From NCBI GenBank assembly GCA_963803705.1, contig CAWDNU010000004.1:736001-800000 (forward strand): a stretch of DNA of 64,000 bases, written 5' to 3'. Position 1 is the first letter of the stretch. Every line of letters starts with the position of its first letter. The translations under genes and the position numbers were made by a program. The notes under the pieces are model-generated. The model was not told the origin of the DNA. It did no database searches and saw only the letters and a list, made by a program, of their open reading frames with translations. Below are positions 8,843 through 18,070 of the stretch, piece by piece. The DNA is from an uncultured Pseudobdellovibrionaceae bacterium (GTDB lineage: Bacteria > Bdellovibrionota > Bdellovibrionia > Bdellovibrionales > UBA1609).

Positions 8843-8898
8843 AATACCCTCTCCGGTTTAAGATTAAACTACCGGAAAAAGGTGCTAAAAGTGTGGAA

Positions 8899-8947
8899 AA
8901 CCCTCAGCTTGGAAGGCTGATACTCTAGCCAATTGAGCTACTCCCGC
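8899..8947 (-). pseudogene. 5' fragment of tRNA-Gly(UCC) at the prophage att junction
   Basis: GCGGGAG acceptor 5' strand, D arm and anticodon arm TCAGC-CTTCCAA-GCTGA, then GGGTT; no T arm, 3' acceptor strand or CCA follows. Confidence 0.9.
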
Positions 8948-8969
8948 TCTGGTAAAAAAACAAAAAAAG

Positions 8970-9055
8970 TGGTGGAGGAAGTAGGATTTGAACCTACGTA
9001 GGCATAAGCCAACGGATTTACAGTCCGTCCCCTTTAACCCCTCGGGCATTCCTCC
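8970..9055 (-). tRNA. tRNA-Tyr(GUA)
   Basis: 86-nt cloverleaf, anticodon loop CTGTAAA, long variable arm, GGTTCAAATCC, encoded CCA. Confidence 0.97.
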
Positions 9056-9114
9056 ACATAAATTTTCAGCTACCATTCAAAACCAAATTAACAAAAAAGT
9101 CATGTGATTAAAAA

Positions 9115-9190
9115 TGGAGCTGGATATGGGACTCGAACCCGCAACCTGCTGATTACAAATCAGCTGCTCTACCAATTGAGCTAATCCAGC
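9115..9190 (-). tRNA. tRNA-Thr(UGU)
   Basis: 76-nt cloverleaf, anticodon loop TTTGTAA, GGTTCGAGTCC, encoded CCA. Confidence 0.97.
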
Positions 9191-9255
9191 CAAAAGCTAA
9201 AAGCTTTAAAACATGGTTATCTCAAAAAAGATATACCAAGTTTTGAAGATGTTTA

Positions 9256-9284
9256 GTTTTATTTTTTAAGTTTATTTTCGTCAA
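9256..9284 (-). promoter_or_regulatory. Candidate sigma70 promoter of the tRNA cluster
   Basis: TTGACG-N17-TAAAAC overlapping the rlmB 3' end. Confidence 0.4.
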
Positions 9285-10044
9285 CAGATAAAAAGGCTCT
9301 TTGCACATGGGACACTGTTATCGCAATAGACGTCGCTACATTTAAACTCGCGCTACTAGAAATCTGGGGAATTTTTAAAGTTTGATCACACACATTCAAA
9401 GTTGTTTTTCTTAAACCTTTGCCCTCATTTCCGGCAACCAAAATGACTTTGTCTGGAAATTGGACATCATAGATTGTTTGCTCCGCATTTGCGTCTAAAC
9501 CATAAACCCAGAAACCCTGTTTTTTGAAATCTTCTAAAATATTAGACAAAGGATGCACGACTTCAACTGGAACATGTTCAACACCACCCGAGGCAATTTT
9601 ACAAACTTGAGGCGTTAATTTCACACTTCGATCTTGCGTAACTAAAATGCCGTCTACACCCATTAGCCAACTGGTCCTTAAAATATTTCCTAAATTTGTA
9701 GGATCTTCAATTTCATCTAATGCTATCAGCATAGATTTTTTACTATTAAGTGATTCGTAATCTAAAGTGGGTTCTTCGGAATCAACCTCTAAAGCAATAC
9801 CCTGATGACCCGTGCCCCACTTTTCAAAAAAACTTCTTGGCTTAAAAGACACTTTAGCCTTTAAAAATTTATCATCTAAAAAATTATATTTTTCTTTGGT
9901 GCTATTTTTAGAAGTCGAAGCTTTATTGTCTTCAATATATATTTTAAGAATTGCCTCTGGACGGACCTGTATGGTTTCCATGCATGAGTGCCACCCCACC
10001 ACGACCCTGCAAGATAAGACTTTTGAATGTCGACCCTTTCCCAA
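9259..10044 (-). CDS. rlmB: 23S rRNA G2251 2'-O-methyltransferase (TrmH/SpoU family)
   Basis: HQGI, LDEIEDPTNLGNILRT, GNEGKGL and SLNVA SPOUT motifs. Confidence 0.85.
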   Translation of the reverse strand: MGKGRHSKVLSCRVVVGWHSCMETIQVRPEAILKIYIEDNKASTSKNSTKEKYNFLDDKFLKAKVSFKPRSFFEKWGTGHQGIALEVDSEEPTLDYESLNSKKSMLIALDEIEDPTNLGNILRTSWLMGVDGILVTQDRSVKLTPQVCKIASGGVEHVPVEVVHPLSNILEDFKKQGFWVYGLDANAEQTIYDVQFPDKVILVAGNEGKGLRKTTLNVCDQTLKIPQISSSASLNVATSIAITVSHVQRAFLSVDENKLKK

Positions 10045-11016
10045 TTATTTCACCAGTCCGATATCTTTAAGACGTTGCATCAAAAATTCTTCTGACCTTA
10101 TCGGAGGGTATTTCTGTTCATCAGATACACAGCTGGGAATACATTTAAGCATTGAATTTGGATTTGGATGAATAAAGTAGGGCATAGAATAACGACTTTC
10201 ATTTTGTTCATTTTTTGGGTTTACCACCCTATGAGTCGTAGATGGGATAAGGTCATTAGTAATTCGAGCTAACATATCACCTGCATCAACAATTAAATTA
10301 TTTTTATCAGTCTCTACGGGTAGCCATTTTCCGTCTCGGTCTAAAAGCTCTAGGCCCGATGCAGATGCGGCGACAAGTATTGTGATCAAGTTGATATCTT
10401 CATGGGCAGCGGCGCGAACACAGCCTTGATCAATGTCTTTAGAAACCGGTGGATAATGGAGCAATCTCAAAATAGAGCTGCCTTCAAAATCTAATTTCCT
10501 AAAGTAATCGTTCGGCACATCTAACGAAAACGTTAGAGCTTCTAGTAAAGATTCACCCACCATATCCAAATTCTCGAAAAGTTCTAAAAAAACTGTCTTA
10601 AAGTTTTCAACTTCTTCTGGCCAGACATTATTCGGGTAAGCATCTATGAGAGCACTGCTTGAGGGCAGCTCCCTGCCCACATGCCAAAATTCTTTAAGGT
10701 CAGGGGAATCAGAGTCCTTCGCGTGCTCAACACCAAAAGGTGTGTAACCTCGGTTGTTACCTACGTTATACTTCTTTTTTTTCTCGATATCTAAACTAAA
10801 AAGCTCGGCACTTTTTTTATAAGCTAAATCTAGCTTATCAGTAGAAATAGGATGATCCTTTAAAATGATAAATCCGTAGTACTTCAAACCTTCAAAAAGA
10901 TCTTGAATAAATTTAGATTTTTCTTCTGGTGAGCCTTCTGTATATTTGCTAAAACTTAATTCGGGAACTTCATTGTATATTTTCATAAACACCTTTGGAT
11001 CAATTTCATTAAGCAT
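10045..11016 (-). CDS. Isopenicillin-N-synthase-like 2OG-Fe(II) oxygenase
   Basis: LRLLHYPP, AHEDINLIT (HxD), STTHRV, RYS; start moved to ATG 11016 behind GGAGGAG. Confidence 0.88.
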   Translation of the reverse strand: MLNEIDPKVFMKIYNEVPELSFSKYTEGSPEEKSKFIQDLFEGLKYYGFIILKDHPISTDKLDLAYKKSAELFSLDIEKKKKYNVGNNRGYTPFGVEHAKDSDSPDLKEFWHVGRELPSSSALIDAYPNNVWPEEVENFKTVFLELFENLDMVGESLLEALTFSLDVPNDYFRKLDFEGSSILRLLHYPPVSKDIDQGCVRAAAHEDINLITILVAASASGLELLDRDGKWLPVETDKNNLIVDAGDMLARITNDLIPSTTHRVVNPKNEQNESRYSMPYFIHPNPNSMLKCIPSCVSDEQKYPPIRSEEFLMQRLKDIGLVK

Positions 11017-11066
11017 TGGGGCTGGCTCCTCCAAACAATTTGACGTGTCTGGTACTAACAAATTAT

Positions 11067-11759
11067 TTAACCTTTGCAAAGGTCATTGAATTGCCTGACA
11101 GCCTTTAAGGGATCTTGAGCATTAATAATAGGTCGACCTATAACTAAAGCCTTAGCACCTAGTGACAGGGCCAAATCCGGAGTCATAACTCGACTTTGAT
11201 CGTCGTTGGCAGAGCCAGATAGGCGGATACCCGGAACTACTGTGAAAAGGTCATTACTTAATTTTGAAATTTTTTTAACCTCTTGCCCCGAGCAGACTAT
11301 TCCAGTTAAGCCAGAGCTGATCGTTAACTCTGCTAACTCGAAGACGATAGATTCATTGGTCTGATTTTTGTATCCTGGCATTAGATTTTCGGGTCCAAAA
11401 CTTGTTAGTGCTGTAACGGCTAAAACTTTAAAGAAATGCGACCTATTAATTTCGTCTTCAAGCTTTTTAACCTGTGTTAAAGCTTGCACACCAGAAGAGG
11501 CATGGACAGTAATATAGCTTACACCAAGATCTACGCTAGCCTTGATAGATTCGACCATTGTATTGGGGATATCGTAGTACTTGGGATCAAAGAAAACGGG
11601 TCCGCAATCAGAAATTTTTTGCCAATCTTTTGGATTTGCTTTCACCGCCAACCTTGGTCCTATCTTAAAGCCGCCAACTTCATTTTTTAGAAGCTGGGAC
11701 AACTCGTGGGCCTCATCCCAGGTACTTAGATCTAAACTTAAAAATATTGGATTTTTCAT
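11067..11759 (-). CDS. pyrF: Orotidine-5'-phosphate decarboxylase
   Basis: DPKYYDIPNT (DxKxxDIxNT), VPGIR, DDQSR, VIGRPI. Confidence 0.95.
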   Translation of the reverse strand: MKNPIFLSLDLSTWDEAHELSQLLKNEVGGFKIGPRLAVKANPKDWQKISDCGPVFFDPKYYDIPNTMVESIKASVDLGVSYITVHASSGVQALTQVKKLEDEINRSHFFKVLAVTALTSFGPENLMPGYKNQTNESIVFELAELTISSGLTGIVCSGQEVKKISKLSNDLFTVVPGIRLSGSANDDQSRVMTPDLALSLGAKALVIGRPIINAQDPLKAVRQFNDLCKG

Positions 11760-11866
11760 TTTTTTCGGTCTTTCCTATTAAAATGTCAGCTCTAAATTCA
11801 ACCAAAGTTTTATTTAAAAAAATTTACTTTAGCGAAAAAAAAATTTGTTCTAAACGAAAATACAAT

Positions 11867-13603
11867 CTACCGGCAGAAGCTGTATTTTTTTATACTAAAT
11901 TCAACGGCAGATTCTAAATCGCAGGTTGATTTTTCGCCGTTAAAACGAGTGAGCACTTCGACATTTCCTTTTTCAAAACTCTTCATTCCCAAAGTGACTC
12001 TTACTGGTAGGCCGATCAAGTCTGAATCTTTAAATTTTACACCTGGCCTTTCATTTCTGTCGTCAATAAATGCATCATAGCCACTCGCAGCAAAACCCTT
12101 CGTTAAGTGGTTAGCATAGTTCATAAGCTGTTCATTTTTGGGATCTAGAACCGCTATGTGAAAGTCGAATGGGGCTATGGACTTAGGCCAGATAATACCA
12201 TCGGAATCATGAGATTGCTCTAGCGCAGACTGCATAGTTCGCCCTACTCCTATCCCATAACAACCCATTTCAAAGGGTTGGGTTTTACCGTTTCTGTCCT
12301 GAAACAATGCCTTCATACTTTCACTGTATTTGGTTCCTAAATAAAAGATGTGACCAACTTCAATACCTCTTATCTCTTTAAGCAAACCAATGCCGTCAGG
12401 ACTTAGATCGCCAGCATTTGCAAATGCAATATCAATATAACTTTTGATAATGAAATCTTTTTCTGGTTTTAATCCCTTCATGTGGAATCCAGTCTTATTG
12501 GCCCCAACTATAAAGACTTCAAAATCTTTTAGAAAGTGATCTGCATAAACTGGAATTTCTAAACCCTGGGGCCCACAGCTACCTGGCTTGGCTCCGGTCA
12601 GTTTTAAAACTTCGTTGTCATCTAACATCTGAGGCTCATTTTTTAAATTAAGATGTTTTTTGAGCTTTATAGGGTTCAATTCATCGGATCCACGAAGTAG
12701 AATTGCAAATGGTTTAGAGTCATCATCTTTTAAAAACAAAGATTTCACTAAGCAGTTTGCATTAATATTTGTTAGTTTAGCCAGATCCAAAATTGTGTTC
12801 ACGTTGGGTGTTGCAAACTCTTTCTTTTCAGAAATTTCGCCAATGGTAGACGAAGATAAAGAGTTGAAATCGGTGGCTTTAAATGCTCGGCTACAAATTT
12901 CTTTATTGGCTGCAAACTCAGATTTGTCGGATACTAACAAAAGATCTTCACCTGACTGGGCTAAAACCTGAAACTCTTCTGATAATGATCCACCGATAGC
13001 TCCAGAGTCAGCCTGAACCACGCGGTAATCTAAGCCTAAGCGATCGAAGATCTTGATATAGACTATCTTTAACTTTTGGTAGCTAAGCTTAGCCTGCTCT
13101 TCATTTTCGTCAAAGCTATAGGCATCTTTCATTATAAACTCACGACCACGCATTAAGCCAAATCTAGGTCTTATTTCATCTCTGTATTTGTTTTGCACCT
13201 GATATAAATATATTGGCAATTCTTTATAAGATGTAAGATCATTTCTTACATAGTCAGTTATGACCTCTTCGTGAGTGGCTCCTAAGCAAAAAGATTGATC
13301 ATTTCTATTTTTAAATTTTAGGAGTTCAGGAGTCTTTTCTCGTCCGGTCTCCTCCCACAATGATAAGGGCTGAACCATTGGCATCAGAAGCTCTTGGCAG
13401 CCAGCGTCGTCTAACTCTTCTCGAATAATAGTTTCAATTTTTCTTATTGATTTCAAGGCCATAGACCCATAGGTGTAAATTCCAGGTGCTACCTTTTTTA
13501 CGAGGCCAGCTCGTATCAGCAACTTGTGGCTTACAATTTCGGCATCTGAAGGATCATCTTTAATTGTTTTATGAAAGCTCTTTGACCAGTACATTTTTTT
13601 CAT
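11867..13603 (-). CDS. proS: Prolyl-tRNA synthetase
   Basis: THEE, RDEIRPRFGLMRGREF, insertion editing domain, GIEVGHIF, GCYGIG; exact start uncertain (13603 or 13594). Confidence 0.97.
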   Translation of the reverse strand: MKKMYWSKSFHKTIKDDPSDAEIVSHKLLIRAGLVKKVAPGIYTYGSMALKSIRKIETIIREELDDAGCQELLMPMVQPLSLWEETGREKTPELLKFKNRNDQSFCLGATHEEVITDYVRNDLTSYKELPIYLYQVQNKYRDEIRPRFGLMRGREFIMKDAYSFDENEEQAKLSYQKLKIVYIKIFDRLGLDYRVVQADSGAIGGSLSEEFQVLAQSGEDLLLVSDKSEFAANKEICSRAFKATDFNSLSSSTIGEISEKKEFATPNVNTILDLAKLTNINANCLVKSLFLKDDDSKPFAILLRGSDELNPIKLKKHLNLKNEPQMLDDNEVLKLTGAKPGSCGPQGLEIPVYADHFLKDFEVFIVGANKTGFHMKGLKPEKDFIIKSYIDIAFANAGDLSPDGIGLLKEIRGIEVGHIFYLGTKYSESMKALFQDRNGKTQPFEMGCYGIGVGRTMQSALEQSHDSDGIIWPKSIAPFDFHIAVLDPKNEQLMNYANHLTKGFAASGYDAFIDDRNERPGVKFKDSDLIGLPVRVTLGMKSFEKGNVEVLTRFNGEKSTCDLESAVEFSIKKYSFCR

Positions 13604-13737
13604 AGCTTTAAGTTGCCAGGTGGCCGTTTTCAAAGCAAGCCAGATTTTATCTTAACCATTAAAACCTGAGGCTTAGTTGATTTAATTATTGCTTTGATTC
13701 TTTAACAAGTTTCATCTCCTCTTGATTTAAACCCCAG

Positions 13738-13861
13738 GGGTCTGTCGAAAAGTATTAGATTCTAGGCGTCCAAGCTTAAAATCGAATGAGTCGTAGTTTA
13801 TCTACGTCGAATGAGATTTAAGCGAAAGCAACAACGAAGATGATGCTTTTTCAACAGGCCC
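13738..13861. mobile_element. ~125-bp MITE, copy 1
   Basis: Near-identical to 43329-43453; imperfect terminal inverted repeats; flanked by a CCAG direct repeat. Confidence 0.8.
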
Positions 13862-13993
13862 CCAGGCTTTTTATTTATCAGACTTAGCTAATGCTTAATA
13901 TTGCATCTGGTTTTTCTTAGTTTGTTGCACTTATGATAAAGTAGCGTTTCGATAGAGCATCTAAGTATAAAACAAGATTTAAATTTTAAACGG

Positions 13994-15364
13994 TTAATTC
14001 ACTTCTATGCCATAGGCTTTGATTTTACGATGAAGGTAGCTTCGTTCAAGCCCGATCGCTTCCGATGTCTTACTTATGTTGCCATTATTTTCTTCAATTT
14101 TAGCAAGTAAAAATTCTTTTTCGAATTGAGCCCTAGCTTCTCGAAAGGTGCCAAAACTGTTGAACACGGCGCCTGCTTTTCCAGATAAGGTCAGGCCAGC
14201 GTAACTTAAGTCTTCAACTCCGATTTCAGTGACTTGGTCCGCAAGTATGTACAGCCGCTCTACCAAGTTCATAAGCTCTAAGACATTACCTGGCCATTTG
14301 TAGGACTTTAGAATATCTAAAGCTTCTGGTCTGATTGTTTTTTTAACAGACCCAATCTTTCGACAAACCTCATCCGCAAAGTGATCATATAATACTGGTA
14401 TGTCTTCGATTCTTTCTCTTAGCGGTTTTATTTCAAAAGGTAATACATTAATTCTGAAAAACAAATCTTCCCTGAACTCGCCTGACTGCACTAAATATTT
14501 TAGAGATTTATCTGTTCCAAATAAAATCCGCACATCAGAGGTGTAGGGGTCATGTCCCCCTGCTCTTTTAGATTTACCTGTTTTCAAGTATTCAATCAAT
14601 GCATGTTGAACCTCATCCGTCAAAGACTCAGCCCCATCTAAATAAAGAGTTCCTTTGTGAGCAAGTTCTAAAACACCTTTCTTGTCTTGCATCAACCCAG
14701 GCTGTGAATTCCTAGAGTGGCCAAAAATTTCACCAAACAGCAAAGGCTTTGGGATCTGAGCACATTTAAGTTCAATAAAATGTCCGCCCACTCTGTGACT
14801 AAGAAAATGGATATTTTTTGATATAGTTTTCTTACCAACTCCGCGCTCGCCTTGAATCAAGTTCCAGCTATCGTTAGTTGCAACTTTGGTTACAAGTTGT
14901 TTTATTCTTCTGCTCTCTTCGCTTATGCCAACTATGCGCAAACTATTTTGAATATGGGACAGTAAGTTTTGTTTACCCTGTCGCTCGTTTTCGTAGGCAA
15001 TTATGTTGTTTACCAATATTGAAATGCGATCAAATGAAATTGGTTTTTCTATGAAATCATACGCGCCATTTTTTACTGCTTGCACAGCGGTTTCAATGGT
15101 TCCATGACCTGACATCATTATAACGTGAGCAGACTTTGATTTTGACTTAATGTCTTTTAGAACATCAACGCCGTCCAAATCGCCTGGCATCCAAACATCA
15201 AGTAATACGATATGCGGTTGAAAAGTGTCGTAAGCCTTTAAAGCCTCTACGCCGTCAGACGCTACCGTAACGTGGAATTCTTCGTCTTTTAAAGACGCTG
15301 ACAAAACCTCGCAGATGGCTTTTTCGTCGTCGACAACTAATATCTTAACGTCTGAATTTTTCAC
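13994..15364 (-). CDS. ntrX: NtrX-like response regulator (REC-AAA+-Fis HTH)
   Basis: VVDDE, LDVWMPG, MSGHGTIETAV, AAA+ domain, ERSYLHRKIK HTH; downstream of an NtrY-like kinase. Confidence 0.85.
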   Translation of the reverse strand: MKNSDVKILVVDDEKAICEVLSASLKDEEFHVTVASDGVEALKAYDTFQPHIVLLDVWMPGDLDGVDVLKDIKSKSKSAHVIMMSGHGTIETAVQAVKNGAYDFIEKPISFDRISILVNNIIAYENERQGKQNLLSHIQNSLRIVGISEESRRIKQLVTKVATNDSWNLIQGERGVGKKTISKNIHFLSHRVGGHFIELKCAQIPKPLLFGEIFGHSRNSQPGLMQDKKGVLELAHKGTLYLDGAESLTDEVQHALIEYLKTGKSKRAGGHDPYTSDVRILFGTDKSLKYLVQSGEFREDLFFRINVLPFEIKPLRERIEDIPVLYDHFADEVCRKIGSVKKTIRPEALDILKSYKWPGNVLELMNLVERLYILADQVTEIGVEDLSYAGLTLSGKAGAVFNSFGTFREARAQFEKEFLLAKIEENNGNISKTSEAIGLERSYLHRKIKAYGIEVN

Positions 15365-15401
15365 TTTATTACTCCTGATTAATATTTAGTCTGTTTTAAA
15401 A

Positions 15402-17573
15402 CTATTTCTTATGAAAAGGCAAAATAAAATAAAAAATCGTTAAGTCGTTTAGGCGCTCTACTCCAATTGAACCGCCGTGATCTTCAATCATTTTTCTAAC
15501 AATAGAAAGGCCTAAGCCGGTTCCGCTACTTTTTGTAGTGTAATTCGGTTTGAAAATTTTGCCTTTAGATTTTTCATCTATGCCCGGCCCATTGTCTGAA
15601 ATGTCCACTCTAATCTGCTCCATTTCTTCTATCACTTTAGTCTGAACGCAAATTTTTGGGTGACTCATCTGCTTGCAGGCATCAGCAGCGTTGTCTAAAA
15701 GGTTAATAATGATTCGCTTCATTTGATCTGGATCAAAGAAAAAATCAGTAGCCAAGCTATCTTTTCGAAATTCAACATTTAACTTCTTAATTTTTTGAGG
15801 GTAGAGCCAAATATTGTCTTCAATAATTTTATGGATTGACCCTTTAACCAAGTTCAAACGGGGCAACCTAGCGTGGTAGCTAAACTCGTTGACCAAATTT
15901 TTAACAATATCCACCTGTTGGATAATCATTTGAGTGCACTGCTCAAAGGTAACCGCATCCATGCTAGGATATTTTTTTTGCAAACGTTCTGCAGATAATT
16001 TTATTGGCGTTAACGGATTTTTAATTTCATGAGCTACCCGTGTTGCAACTTCAGCCCAAGCTTCAGCTCTTTGGGCATTTGCAAGCGGAGTAACATCTTC
16101 GAATCCGAAAACGAAATTGACGGGCTCTTTGTCTTTGTCCACCAGAACTGATAGGGCGCAATTTAAACTTATACTTTTAGTTTCATCGACAACTAGCCTT
16201 CTTTCTAAAGTTTGAACACTTTCTAGTTGGCTAAATACTCTGACTTTTAAATACTGATAAACTTCATTTATTGAAGCGGGAAGCACATCATTACCGTCCA
16301 GCTTTTCTAAAGCTAAGCCATTTTTTTTGAAAAAAAGATTGGCAGCGCGGTTTAAAAAAGTCACTTGGTCATTGTTATTAATAGTAACGATTGCGGTAGA
16401 TATATTTTCCAAAATTGTTTCGGTGTAAGTTTTAGAGTCCTGAAGTTCTACCAATGTTTTTGTTAAGGAATTATTAGCTTTTACAGTATCTTCAGTGCTT
16501 TTTTTAAGTTTTTTCGACATGGTATTAAAATTTTTAACAAGTCGCTCGACTTCGTAGCTTCCGGTTTTCATCTCGATAGGCTCGTACTTACCTTTGGCAA
16601 TTTCCCTAGTGGCCTGACTTAGCGCCTCTAGGGAGGCTGACAATTGTCCTGCTAAGTATAACCCGAACCAGGTTCCCCCGAGTAAAATCACCAGAGTCAT
16701 TAAAATTAAAGTTATGAGATAAATTGTTTTTAGGGGGAATTCAAAAGGAGTCGAGGTCCTATAATCATCCCTGGACTCAATGATATTGTTAATCTGTTCA
16801 ACTAAAAAACCTGGAATAAAACGATTAGCAACAATTAAATACTTGTCATTTTCTGAAAATCTTAATGTTCTAAGAATTCGATTATTTTTAAGATCTAAAC
16901 TTCTGGTAGATTCGTATCCTGGCTTTCGCATCTTACGTATATCTGACCAACTGATATCTGGTATCTGAAGCTTGTTTTCTGATCTTAAAGTGTCAGACCA
17001 ACGTTTTTGACTGGTAAGATCATAAACTTCGATTGAGTCTATAGGTGAAGACTGAAGTGACTTCTTTATATTTTGCTTAGCCTTAAAATTTAGAGAACCA
17101 TCCATTTGTTGCTCTACAAAGTTTGCAAAATAGTATCCTTCTCTCTTAATGTTTTTATAGTAAAGTTCAGAGATTTGAATAGAATCATCAAGTATGCCCA
17201 TGCCTTTAATTGCAAACCATCTATCAAAGCTACTATTAATGTAAAATATGGACACTAAAAACATTAAAAAAGTAGGTACAAAAGCAAATGTAAAAAACGC
17301 GATAATAAGTTTTGCTTTTAATGTTTTTCCAAAAATTGGAATTTTGCTTTCTGAGTATATTTTAACTAAGTTTTTAAAAATTAAAAATAGTAAAATTAAA
17401 AAAATGATTAAATTTACGTTCACCAAACCAAAAAAGAAAATAGCATAGTGAAAAGGCAAAGACTCGCTAAGAGCAAACAGTCTAAATTGAAACCAAGTTA
17501 GTAGAATAAAGACTATGATAATTGGCACTAAGCTGTAAGTCTCGTATCTTCTTCGTTTCACTTCATTGGACAT
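15402..17573 (-). CDS. ntrY: NtrY-like sensor histidine kinase
   Basis: N-terminal TMs, HAMP, PAS, AWAEVATRVAHEIKNPLTPIKLSAERL, DNGPG, GTGLGL. Confidence 0.88.
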   Translation of the reverse strand: MSNEVKRRRYETYSLVPIIIVFILLTWFQFRLFALSESLPFHYAIFFFGLVNVNLIIFLILLFLIFKNLVKIYSESKIPIFGKTLKAKLIIAFFTFAFVPTFLMFLVSIFYINSSFDRWFAIKGMGILDDSIQISELYYKNIKREGYYFANFVEQQMDGSLNFKAKQNIKKSLQSSPIDSIEVYDLTSQKRWSDTLRSENKLQIPDISWSDIRKMRKPGYESTRSLDLKNNRILRTLRFSENDKYLIVANRFIPGFLVEQINNIIESRDDYRTSTPFEFPLKTIYLITLILMTLVILLGGTWFGLYLAGQLSASLEALSQATREIAKGKYEPIEMKTGSYEVERLVKNFNTMSKKLKKSTEDTVKANNSLTKTLVELQDSKTYTETILENISTAIVTINNNDQVTFLNRAANLFFKKNGLALEKLDGNDVLPASINEVYQYLKVRVFSQLESVQTLERRLVVDETKSISLNCALSVLVDKDKEPVNFVFGFEDVTPLANAQRAEAWAEVATRVAHEIKNPLTPIKLSAERLQKKYPSMDAVTFEQCTQMIIQQVDIVKNLVNEFSYHARLPRLNLVKGSIHKIIEDNIWLYPQKIKKLNVEFRKDSLATDFFFDPDQMKRIIINLLDNAADACKQMSHPKICVQTKVIEEMEQIRVDISDNGPGIDEKSKGKIFKPNYTTKSSGTGLGLSIVRKMIEDHGGSIGVERLNDLTIFYFILPFHKK

Positions 17574-17647
17574 TCTGTATTATCTCTACCCGAATCAAAA
17601 TTTCATAAGTTTAAGGACACAAATTTTAAATATTTAAGTGTGGTGAC

Positions 17648-18070
17648 CTATTGAGCACTCTTAGTTCTTAATGCCATTAGGTAAGCTGCTTTTATCGCAT
17701 GTTCACCCACATTTCCCTTTACACCCCAGATTCGGTCGTAAAGCTGTTCATAGGTGTCCACAGTCAGGACACCAAATCCAACTGGTTTCTTAGTCTGTAA
17801 GGACGCTGTCAGACAGCCCTCTTGAGCTGCCTTACAAACGTAATCGTAGTGAGATGTTTCCCCTCGAATCACCACACCCATACAGGCTACAAAGTCACAT
17901 TTTTCATTTTCAAGCAGATGAATTGCACCTAACCCAAGTTCGAAGGCGCCAGGCACATCTAGCTCTACGAAATTCGAAATCTTATTATTTTTCAAAAACA
18001 GCAAAGCACTGTCGGACATCGCCCGAGTGTACTTGTCATTAAACTCGGCCCTGATAATTCCAGCTTTCAT
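17648..18070 (-). CDS. ribH: 6,7-dimethyl-8-ribityllumazine synthase
   Basis: VPGAFEL, GVVIRGETSHYDYV, PVGFGVLT. Confidence 0.95.
   Translation of the reverse strand: MKAGIIRAEFNDKYTRAMSDSALLFLKNNKISNFVELDVPGAFELGLGAIHLLENEKCDFVACMGVVIRGETSHYDYVCKAAQEGCLTASLQTKKPVGFGVLTVDTYEQLYDRIWGVKGNVGEHAIKAAYLMALRTKSAQ

Larger units (their letters stand above)
1..8898. mobile_element. Prophage end (podovirus-like head/packaging module plus integrase); continues left of the window
   Basis: Scaffold, portal, large terminase, RusA-like and tyrosine integrase genes are contiguous and end at a truncated tRNA-Gly, after which housekeeping genes begin. Confidence 0.92.

Noticed and set aside
8885..9076. 63-aa ORF upstream of int (possible excisionase)
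   Set aside because: It is a translation across tRNA-Tyr and the tRNA-Gly fragment
9127..9143. C-A mismatch in the T-stem of tRNA-Thr(UGU) as a sign of pseudogenisation
   Set aside because: A single mismatch in an otherwise complete tRNA with CCA is within normal variation
10045..11016. Beta-lactam biosynthesis suggested by the IPNS-like gene
   Set aside because: No NRPS or other cluster genes nearby; the family is widespread and here sits among housekeeping genes
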